From Candidatus Iainarchaeum sp. (lineage in GTDB: Archaea > Iainarchaeota > Iainarchaeia > Iainarchaeales > JACQJH01): 32,000 nt of DNA. The notes under the pieces were generated by a model. It searched no databases. It was not told where the DNA came from and saw only the letters and a list, made by a program, of their open reading frames with translations. The translations under genes were made by a program, and so were the position numbers. The stretch's first letter is position 1; every line of letters begins with the position of its first letter. The DNA lies in the NCBI GenBank assembly GCA_016205145.1, contig JACQJH010000002.1, forward strand, positions 90,001 to 122,000, written 5' to 3'. This document shows, piece after piece, positions 7,826 to 14,666 of the stretch.

Positions 7826-8682
7826 TCGCCCACCCTTTTTTCCGAGGCGTTCTTGAAAAAGAATTCCGCGCACTCGGCAAACAGGTCGACGCCAAGGGTG
7901 TCGGATAACGCCAAAAACTTTACTTCGGGGGAAACCCTTGTTACAAGGCCGTTGGAAATCTTGACTGTCGCAACCTTGCAGCCGCACGCCTTTGCCGCCC
8001 GGATAGCAATCTTGCGCTCGCGTTCCGGCAGGTCGAGAGGCTTTCCCCTGCGCGGCAATTCGAGTTTGCCGTTTTTCCACTTGCGCTGGACGCAGAAAAC
8101 CTTTTTGCCTATGACAACGCAATGGTTGACTGGCGTGAACAAAAAATCCATCAGGACTGCGGCATCAATGCCCGAATCCGCGGAAAAGCTTGTCATCTGC
8201 TTGTCCAGCTCCTTCTTGGTTTCGATGACAAGGCTCTGCGTTTTTTTCTGGCCGCTGTAAGCCTCGAAAATCGCCGGAAAAGAAAGCCTCCTGCCGGTAT
8301 GGCTCAGATCCGCCTTTGCCGCGCCGAAAACCGTTTTTGGCAGTGGAACTTTCGCCTTGTCAAGCACGACCAGCTGGAACAGTTCATTGGAATTCAGGTA
8401 ATACGCGCCGGGCACGACCTGCGAAAAAAGCCTTTTGCGCGAAATCTCGTCAAGCAGAGGCTCGACGAACGGCGCGAGCTTGAGCTTTGCGTTCAAAAAA
8501 ACCGCGGAAAAATCGTCGATGTTCACCGGCCCCGACAAAAGGGTTTTCCTGCCATTGCCCGAAAAAATCGAAAAATCTGACAGCGATGCAACCTTCGCTG
8601 ACTCGAAGCCGGCTGCAACAAAAGCCTTCTTGAGCCGCGGCATGGCCGCAGTCTTTTCGGTCGAAAGGATAAGCGCTTTCAT
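7822..8682 (-). CDS. RimK-like ATP-grasp paralog with a degenerate active site (putative pseudoenzyme subunit)
   Basis: 286 aa with an ATG start. It has the same architecture as the downstream gene, but the equivalent blocks read IFEAYSGQKKTQSLVIE, NHCVVIG, LELPRRGK, ATVKIS and TRVSPEV. This is a hand alignment only. Confidence 0.6.
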   Translation of the reverse strand: MKALILSTEKTAAMPRLKKAFVAAGFESAKVASLSDFSIFSGNGRKTLLSGPVNIDDFSAVFLNAKLKLAPFVEPLLDEISRKRLFSQVVPGAYYLNSNELFQLVVLDKAKVPLPKTVFGAAKADLSHTGRRLSFPAIFEAYSGQKKTQSLVIETKKELDKQMTSFSADSGIDAAVLMDFLFTPVNHCVVIGKKVFCVQRKWKNGKLELPRRGKPLDLPERERKIAIRAAKACGCKVATVKISNGLVTRVSPEVKFLALSDTLGVDLFAECAEFFFKNASEKRVGE

Positions 8683-8778
8683 TTCCGCACCAAAAAAATT
8701 CCAAGCCTATTCAACCATTGAACGGTTTTTAAGGCTTTTGAGGCCGGCATTGCCACTAACATTACGGGCAAGCGTTCT

Positions 8779-9213
8779 TCAGGCGTTGCCGTGAAATTTT
8801 TTGGCTAACCGTTCCTTTATCCTGCCGGCCTTGTGGATGTGCTCGTTGAAAGGTTTCAGGCGCACGATTCTGCCGGAAAAAAGCGATGAAAGCCTTTTTT
8901 CGTCCGCAAGCTGGTCGTAGCCGAGGGCAACAACATCAGGCTTTCTCTGCCTGACGATTTCGTAGATGTCGCCTTCATTGCCGAGCACGGCCTCGTCAAC
9001 GACGCGCAGGGCGCGAATTACTTCAAGCCTGCTGTTTTCGTCGTTGACCGGCTTGCCGCCCTTCAGCCGCGCGACAGTGGAGTCCCTGCCCACGACAACC
9101 ACAAGCAAGGCATTTTCGCCGCCAAGCGATTTGGCTTCGGCTAGGCAATGCAGGTGCCCGGGATGGAGTATGTCAAAAGTGCCGAAAGCCATCACAGTCA
9201 AGGGTTTTGCCAT
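8779..9213 (-). CDS. ribL: Archaeal FMN adenylyltransferase (FAD synthetase, RibL-type cytidylyltransferase fold)
   Basis: 144 aa from ATG 9213. The sequence MAFGTFDILHPGHLHCL...VVVGRDSTVARLKGGKPV matches my recollection of the RibL family. The longer track ORF starting at 9354 would run through the divergent promoter. Confidence 0.8.
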   Translation of the reverse strand: MAKPLTVMAFGTFDILHPGHLHCLAEAKSLGGENALLVVVVGRDSTVARLKGGKPVNDENSRLEVIRALRVVDEAVLGNEGDIYEIVRQRKPDVVALGYDQLADEKRLSSLFSGRIVRLKPFNEHIHKAGRIKERLAKKFHGNA

Positions 9214-9298
9214 GCTATCACCGGCCACAGCCAGAAAAGCTTGGAAAACAAAGTTTTTATTAAGTGTTAATTCATTCATAGTCTTGGAAGGCGCAAGA

Positions 9299-10243
9299 AT
9301 GGAACTGCAGGAAAAACTGGAACTCGTCAAAAGGAACACTGCGGAAGTAGTCACTGAAGCCGAGATTGAAAAACTGCTGTCGGAAAAGAAGTCGCCGCTC
9401 GCTTACTGCGGTTACGAGCCTTCGGGGGAAGTGCATCTCGGACACCTTGTCACGATCACCAAGCTGCTGGATTTGCAGAAGGCCGGCTTCAAGGTCAAGG
9501 TGCTTCTGGCGGACTGGCATGCCTGGCTCAACAAAAAGGGCGACTGGCAGTTCATAAAGGAAAACTGCAAGCTGTGGGAAAAAACCTTCAAAAAATCCGG
9601 CCTCGAAAAAGCGGAATTTGTTCTGGGTTCAGGTTTCCAGCAGGAAAAGGATTACGTGAAAGACGTCCTGGTTCTGGCACAGCACACCACGCTCAACAGG
9701 GCGACGCGCGCCATGCAGGAGGTTGCGCGCGATTTGGAGAACGCGAGCGTTTCGCAGATGATCTATCCACTCATGCAGATAGCGGACATGAAATACTTGA
9801 AGGTTGATGTGGCCCAGTCCGGAATAGAGCAGAGAAAAATCCACATGCTGGCGAGGGAAAACCTCCAAACAATCGGCTGCAAAACCGTTTCATTCGTGCA
9901 CACGCCGCTCGTGAACAGCCTGCTCGGCCCCGGACAGAAAATGTCCTCATCGGTTCCGAATTCCCTGATTTCAATGCGCGATTCGGAGCAGGAAATTTCG
10001 GCAAAACTCAAAAAAGCCTACTGTCCGGAGGGCGTGGTGGAAAACAACCCGGTTCTTGAAATCGCCAGGCTCGTTGTCTTTCCGCGCATCAGGGAAATCA
10101 AAATCGAGAGGCCGGAAAAATTCGGCGGAAACGCTTCCTTCGCGGATTATGCGGGGCTGGAAAAGGCGTTCGCGGAAAAAACCCTGCATCCCGCTGATTT
10201 GAAGCCCGCGATTGCAATTGCGCTGGCAAAAATCCTGAAATAA
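9299..10243 (+). CDS. tyrS: Tyrosyl-tRNA synthetase, archaeal type
   Basis: 314 aa from ATG 9299. It appears collinear with the M. jannaschii TyrRS as I recall it: VKRNTAEVVTE, EPSGEVHLGH, LLADWHAWLN, EQRKIHMLARE, KMSSS, KKAYCPEGVVENNP and RPEKFGG. Confidence 0.92.
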   Translation: MELQEKLELVKRNTAEVVTEAEIEKLLSEKKSPLAYCGYEPSGEVHLGHLVTITKLLDLQKAGFKVKVLLADWHAWLNKKGDWQFIKENCKLWEKTFKKSGLEKAEFVLGSGFQQEKDYVKDVLVLAQHTTLNRATRAMQEVARDLENASVSQMIYPLMQIADMKYLKVDVAQSGIEQRKIHMLARENLQTIGCKTVSFVHTPLVNSLLGPGQKMSSSVPNSLISMRDSEQEISAKLKKAYCPEGVVENNPVLEIARLVVFPRIREIKIERPEKFGGNASFADYAGLEKAFAEKTLHPADLKPAIAIALAKILK

Positions 10244-10388
10244 CGCAGGCCAAGCGTTTTCAAAATGCCGGCATCCGCCAAAAAAAAACATGGCTTTGTG
10301 AATGAAAAAGCCTTATTTTTCCAAATCGCGTTCCGCCTAAAAAATCCCACCGCAACCTAATTAAAGCGCGCGCGCATTATCATTTACG

Positions 10389-12041
10389 ATGGCTTCAGCC
10401 GCGGTTTCGTGGGATATTTTCTTTGCCTTGCTCTCGGCGCTCATACTGTTTGTTTACGGCATAGAGCATTTCAGCGAACGCATCAGGCGCATAGCCGGGG
10501 AAAGGTTCAGGTCACTGCTCGGAAGGCTGACAAAAAGCCCGTGGAAAGGCGCCTTGCTGGGCGCAGTCGCAACAGCCATCACGCAGTCGAGCACCGCGAT
10601 AACAGTCATTTCGGTCAGCCTGGTCAACGCGGGAACGATTTCGTTTGCGCAGAGCCTCGGTATAATAATCGGCGCCAACGTCGGGACGACTTTCACCGGC
10701 CAGCTGTTGGCAAACAATCTCGCCTCGTTCGGACCGGTTTTCATCATTCTCGGTTTTTTGATTGACGTTTTCGGCAAAAAATACAGGTTTTTGGGCAAAC
10801 CGGTTTTCTATTTCGGCCTGGTGTTCTTTTCCCTTACGCTTGTGACTGCAACTCTCGCGCCGTTCCGGGATGACCCGGCAATCATTTCGCTTCTGAAAAA
10901 CAACCTCAGCCTGCCGGTTGCCCTCCTGGCGGGCATTGCCTTCACTATCCTGTTCCAGTCAAGCGCGGTAACAAGCGGCGTTGTAGTTGTCCTCGCGCAA
11001 AGCGGCTTTCTATCGCTTGAACAGTCCATTCCCATAATCCTTGGCGCAAACATCGGCACGACCGCAACCGCGCTTTTTGCTTCCTCCCGGATGAGCGTTT
11101 TCGCCAAAAGAGCCGCGGCGTCACATTTCGTTTTCAATGCCACGGGAGTCATAGCCTTCCTCGCCTTGTTGCCGTTTTTTGCCGGCGCTGTCACCGCATT
11201 GGGCGGCAGCACCGGCCAGCAGGTTGCAAACGCGCATGTCATAGTGAACCTTTCAACCGCAATCGCGTTCCTGCTGGCAATCGGCCATTTCAAGTCCTTC
11301 ATCGAATGGCTTGTCAAGGGCGATGAAAAGGAAATCGTTTTCAGGACAAAATTCATAATGGAAAAGCCGCCTGAAAGCAATGCCGGGGCGTTCAACGCAA
11401 TTGAAAATGAGCTGAGGCACGCGGTCGGAATCACGGCGGAACTGCTTGACAACTCAATCGAAATGCTCGGCTCCGCTTCCCTTGAAAACAGGAACCGCGT
11501 TGAAAAACTCGGGGAATTCGGCGATTTCCTGAATGAAAAAATCGAGGCCGCAATCCACGAGCTTTCGACAAGGCAGCTTTCCGAAAAGGAGGCCTTGCAG
11601 ACCGTGCTGCTTGTCAGGATGTCGAACGAAATAGAGCGCATCGGCGACAACGGCGTGAACATCTCACTGCTTGCGGTTGCGGTGGCGGAAAAAGGCCAGC
11701 CCCTGCCGGAAGGGCAGGCAAACGGAATCCGCGAAATTTACGGCCTGCTCAAAAAGGACTTGGCGGAACTCGGAAGGACCCTGCCGAGAATCAGCGAGTC
11801 GTCAGTGAAATCTATCAAGGATGCCGACAAGGCGTTCTGGGAAAAGGTTTCGCGCGAATACGGCTTGCATCTCAAAAGGCTGTCATCCGGAAACGAGCAT
11901 GCGGACAGCATGCTCCTCGAAGCATTGTCGCTCATAGAGGCGATAAGCACCAAAACGAGGGAGCTGAGAAAACTCTCGGAAATGTACCCGGAACATGAAA
12001 CCGGCGGAAATCCAGTCCAGGAAAACGGGCAGAATGTTTAA
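10389..12041 (+). CDS. Na+/phosphate cotransporter family protein with a C-terminal PhoU-like domain
   Basis: 550 aa. It has a duplicated QSSTAITV / QSSAVTSG signature followed by GANVGTT / GANIGTT, many TM helices and a helical soluble C-terminus. Confidence 0.85.
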   Translation: MASAAVSWDIFFALLSALILFVYGIEHFSERIRRIAGERFRSLLGRLTKSPWKGALLGAVATAITQSSTAITVISVSLVNAGTISFAQSLGIIIGANVGTTFTGQLLANNLASFGPVFIILGFLIDVFGKKYRFLGKPVFYFGLVFFSLTLVTATLAPFRDDPAIISLLKNNLSLPVALLAGIAFTILFQSSAVTSGVVVVLAQSGFLSLEQSIPIILGANIGTTATALFASSRMSVFAKRAAASHFVFNATGVIAFLALLPFFAGAVTALGGSTGQQVANAHVIVNLSTAIAFLLAIGHFKSFIEWLVKGDEKEIVFRTKFIMEKPPESNAGAFNAIENELRHAVGITAELLDNSIEMLGSASLENRNRVEKLGEFGDFLNEKIEAAIHELSTRQLSEKEALQTVLLVRMSNEIERIGDNGVNISLLAVAVAEKGQPLPEGQANGIREIYGLLKKDLAELGRTLPRISESSVKSIKDADKAFWEKVSREYGLHLKRLSSGNEHADSMLLEALSLIEAISTKTRELRKLSEMYPEHETGGNPVQENGQNV

Positions 12042-12075
12042 ATACAAAAAAAGCTTAATATTGGAAGTCAGCAGC

Positions 12076-12702
12076 ATGGACGTCAACATTTTAAGCCCGA
12101 AAACCGCGGTTGCAAACGCGTTCAAGGAGCCAAGCATAAGCCAGGCACTGTTCGTCGTGGTCCTGGCATGGATTATTCCAATAATCGCGCAGGCAATCCA
12201 GGGATTCGGCATAAGCATTTCAAGCGAGATTTTCCAGCTGGTCTTTTCAGCGGCAAGGCTGTTTTTGGGCGCCGCGATAATTTACGCCGCGGCATACCTG
12301 TTGAAGGCCGAAAAGGCCAAGGGAAAATTCAATGCAATCGTGTCAGCCTGGTCCCTTGTCTGGATTGTTTCGCTCGCGGCCGCAATCCTCGTGTTCATTT
12401 TCCTGCCGCTTGCATTCGCCCCGTCAGTCGTCGACCCGGTCAAAAAGTTTTCCAACAGGGAGATTGGCATTGAAACCCTCTCCGCAAGCCTCAGCGCGGC
12501 ACTGGATTCAGCCGATAGCCCCGTGAATTTCCCTGTCCTGGCGGTTCTCGGCGTTTTAAGCCTGATACTGTTTGCACTGGCATTTTCCATTGTTTACCGG
12601 ATTTTCAAGGAAATCCTCGGATTCAGGCCGATTCCCGTGCTTGCAACCGAAATTGCCGCATTGTTCGCCTTTTTCCTCATAACCGGCCTTCTCGGCATCT
12701 GA
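12076..12702 (+). CDS. Multi-pass integral membrane protein, possibly Yip1-like; hypothetical
   Basis: 208 aa from ATG 12076 with about 5 hydrophobic segments. I recognise no catalytic motif. Alternative starts exist at 12034 and 11995. Confidence 0.5.
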   Translation: MDVNILSPKTAVANAFKEPSISQALFVVVLAWIIPIIAQAIQGFGISISSEIFQLVFSAARLFLGAAIIYAAAYLLKAEKAKGKFNAIVSAWSLVWIVSLAAAILVFIFLPLAFAPSVVDPVKKFSNREIGIETLSASLSAALDSADSPVNFPVLAVLGVLSLILFALAFSIVYRIFKEILGFRPIPVLATEIAALFAFFLITGLLGI

Positions 12703-12764
12703 CCGGCAGAACCGGAATATGCTCTCCAAGATTTGTCTTGCACGCCCGGAAATCTTTGCTATAG

Positions 12765-12915
12765 CCTACTCGGCGCCTCGCGAAGCGGGGCGCCTTAATC
12801 CCGACGCAGGGGGCTCCGCCCCCTTGCAAGCCCCTGAAAAATTTACCTCTACTTACTCGGCGGTTCATAACGTGAACCGCCTTAGTTTCGGCACGCGCGG
12901 TCGAAAACGCGCCCG
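12765..12915. other. Array of four strong GC-rich hairpins; candidate structured RNA or 3'-UTR element
   Basis: The hairpins are:
- HP1, 12772-12794: 10-bp stem with a GAA triloop.
- HP2, 12806-12827: G5C/GC5 stem with a 3-nt loop.
- HP3, 12859-12881: 9-bp stem GGCGGTTCA/TGAACCGCC with loop TAACG.
- HP4, 12895-12912: GCGCG/CGCGC.

HP1 and HP3 share the flanks TACTCGGCG...CGCCTTA. Confidence 0.35.
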
Positions 12916-13016
12916 GACGAAACCGCCGCACAAAAGACTTTTAAGCGCCGCGGAGCAAAAAAAACTTTTAAAAGGCTAACCGATGCCAAAATAATCCTGA
13001 AAAAAGTGAAAATACT

Positions 13017-13232
13017 ATGAAAAAAATCAGGTGCCCGGACTGCAGGGAACTCTTTGAGATAGACGAAACCGAGTACGATGAGGGCGACTACGTCAACTGC
13101 CCGGAGTGCAACACGGAGCTTGTCATAGTCGAGCACGTGAAGGGCAAATTCAAGATAAAGCTTGCAAAGGAAGTCGAAATGGAAGACGATGACGAGCCTG
13201 AAGAGGAAGAGGTCCCTGAAGAATCAGAGTGA
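13017..13232 (+). CDS. LysW-like zinc-ribbon protein with a polyacidic C-terminal tail (amino-group carrier protein-like)
   Basis: 71 aa. The zinc ribbon is C6PDC9...C28PEC31. The tail EVEMEDDDEPEEEEVPEESE has 14 acidic residues in its last 20 and ends in Glu. A TATA-like TTTTAAAA lies at 12966-12973. Confidence 0.7.
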   Translation: MKKIRCPDCRELFEIDETEYDEGDYVNCPECNTELVIVEHVKGKFKIKLAKEVEMEDDDEPEEEEVPEESE

Positions 13233-13266
13233 AAACAGAACCCGGGGCGCCTGGCCGGGCTTCCGT

Positions 13267-13965
13267 TCAACCCATTTTTATTTTTCTTTCCCGCAACCGC
13301 TTCAAGGTCTTTTCGCTTTGCAGTTCGCGCAATGCGTCAGCCGCAATCCAGCGGCCGGGTTTAGAGCCAAGCTTTTGGATTTCCCTTGCCACGGCAACCG
13401 CCCTTTTGTTCAGGCGGAGATTCCGTTTGCCGATCTGCCTCAATGCCCAGTTCACGGCTTTTTTCACGAAATTCCTTTCGTCCCCGGATTCGCGCACAAT
13501 CAGCGGGAAAAACTTTTCAAAATCCTTGTCCTTCGCGCTTTTGTCATGCACTGAAAGGCACGCCATGAGCACGAAGCCGGTGCGTTTCACGAATTCTTCC
13601 TTGCGCGAGCACAACTCAACCGCTTTTTGCCAGGCAAAAGGCGTTTTGTCGAAAAGGTTGCTGCACGTCTGGTCGACGACATCCCAGGAATCAAAATCAG
13701 ACACCCATTCCTCGAACTGCTTTTCAGAAACAAGGCCCGGGTCACCGGCCATTCCCGCCAAAAGCCTGGCTTCATGAATGCCCGTTTTCCACAACGCCAC
13801 GGCAAGCTTGTGGTCTGTGCCTAGCTCTTTTGCAAACGGCCTCAAATCATAAATCGAAACGCCGAGCGTGCCCTTCGGGTTGATGCCGAAGCGTTTCATG
13901 CCCTCGACGTTTTTTGGGTTCGCCATCGACCTAAGAGTTTTAAGAATTTTTTCAAAAGTATCCAT
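13267..13965 (-). CDS. DNA alkylation repair protein (AlkC/AlkD-like HEAT-repeat family)
   Basis: 232 aa. The N-terminus LRSMANPKNVEGMKRFGINPKGTLGVSIYDLRPFAKELG and the all-helical repeats are typical of the DNA_alkylation family. Confidence 0.75.
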   Translation of the reverse strand: MDTFEKILKTLRSMANPKNVEGMKRFGINPKGTLGVSIYDLRPFAKELGTDHKLAVALWKTGIHEARLLAGMAGDPGLVSEKQFEEWVSDFDSWDVVDQTCSNLFDKTPFAWQKAVELCSRKEEFVKRTGFVLMACLSVHDKSAKDKDFEKFFPLIVRESGDERNFVKKAVNWALRQIGKRNLRLNKRAVAVAREIQKLGSKPGRWIAADALRELQSEKTLKRLRERKIKMG

Positions 13966-13976
13966 TTTGACCGAAC

Positions 13977-14312
13977 TCAGGCCAGCGCCTTGGTCTTTTC
14001 TTTAGGTTGGCCGATTCCGTCCATGGACTTTCTCAAAAGCAGTCTGTCAAGTTCAATAAGCTGCTTGACGACAGGATTGGCAATGTTAAGCTTGTACATT
14101 TTCGCTTTTCCGACCTGACGGGTGTATTTTACTGCCCCTTTCTCTTCAAGCTGCCCCCAAAAAGTTTCCATTGTGTTCCATGAAACGCCTGCGTTCCTGC
14201 AAATTTCCTTTTTGCCGTAATCAAATATGTCGTTCTCGATAAGGAAATCCAGAACCCTTATCATCGGGTAGTCGCCAAAGAAGTCAACAAACAGGGATTT
14301 TTCAGTTTTCAT
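13977..14312 (-). CDS. Small winged-helix transcriptional regulator
   Basis: 111 aa from ATG 14312. The sequence RVLDFLIENDIFDYGKKEICRNAGVSWNTMETFWGQLEEKGAVKYTRQVGKAKMYKLN looks like helix-turn-helix plus wing. It sits in a low-GC islet. Confidence 0.7.
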   Translation of the reverse strand: MKTEKSLFVDFFGDYPMIRVLDFLIENDIFDYGKKEICRNAGVSWNTMETFWGQLEEKGAVKYTRQVGKAKMYKLNIANPVVKQLIELDRLLLRKSMDGIGQPKEKTKALA

Positions 14313-14328
14313 ATTATACCACAGTGTA

Positions 14329-14348
14329 GCGAATACTATACTATTCGC
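14329..14348. promoter_or_regulatory. Near-perfect 20-bp palindrome GCGAATAcTATAcTATTCGC in a divergent promoter region
   Basis: 18 of 20 positions are self-complementary. It lies 17-36 nt upstream of the wHTH ATG (14312) and 58-77 nt upstream of the divergent 14406 gene. Confidence 0.45.
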
Positions 14349-14405
14349 CAATAACAGTTTAATGAAAACACAAGTTTAAAAATCTATATTATAAAGTATT
14401 AATTT

Positions 14406-14660
14406 ATGAAACTTTCTTCTTTCGAGATTCGCCGGAAAATCCTTTACAAAATGGCAAGACACAACATCTGGGGCGGCAAGCATACCGCTTTCGATAACAT
14501 CCCGCACGGTTTTCCAAAAGAGTTGTGGAAAGACGTAAGAAAGGAAACCGAAGAACTGATAAAAGAAGGAATCATTGTCAAAAAACCAACCGGCTATGGC
14601 CTGCATGTTTCATTGAATGTCGGGAAAAAAGCGGAAATTGAAAAAATACTCTTTGAATAA
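14406..14660 (+). CDS. Small hypothetical protein with a wing-like C-terminus
   Basis: 84 aa with an ATG start. It is Lys-rich and helical, and ELIKEGIIVKKPTGYGLHVSLN resembles the recognition helix and wing of a wHTH. I recognise no family. Confidence 0.55.
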   Translation: MKLSSFEIRRKILYKMARHNIWGGKHTAFDNIPHGFPKELWKDVRKETEELIKEGIIVKKPTGYGLHVSLNVGKKAEIEKILFE

Positions 14661-14666
14661 AAAAAG

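Noticed and set aside
7826-8122. 99-codon N-terminal extension of track ORF 6755..8122
   Set aside because: It begins at a TTG and lies entirely inside the 3' end of the upstream ATP-grasp gene in another frame. Its translation is Arg/Cys-rich and implausible. The ATG at 7825 forms a classic ATGA stop-start overlap.
8966-9298. N-terminal extension of the TyrRS ORF (track 8966..10243), and the long version of ribL (to 9354)
   Set aside because: The extensions run antisense through each other's coding regions and through the shared promoter. The TyrRS homology to the archaeal enzyme begins exactly at ATG 9299, and the RibL homology begins at ATG 9213.
10808-11662. 284-aa minus-strand ORF inside the Na/Pi cotransporter gene
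   Set aside because: It is the Ser/Ala/Phe-rich antisense shadow of a well-supported transporter gene. It has no motifs, no independent promoter space and no start context.
12760-12915. The hairpin array read as a tRNA, SRP RNA, RNase P RNA, 5S rRNA, C/D-box sRNA or fluoride riboswitch
   Set aside because: I looked on both strands for a cloverleaf with a GTTCRAAT-type T-loop and for the SRP helix-8 GGAAGGGAGCA-like motif. I also looked for RNase P GGAAAGTCC/ACAGAA blocks and for C/D boxes (TGATGA/CTGA pairs). None is present, so no specific RNA class can be assigned.
12677-12979. ORFs 12719..12979 (+) and 12677..12931 (-) in the large intergenic gap
   Set aside because: The translations are Arg/Gly/Ala-rich and driven by the GC-rich hairpins. 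They show no protein-like periodicity or motifs. The region is better explained as structured non-coding DNA or RNA.
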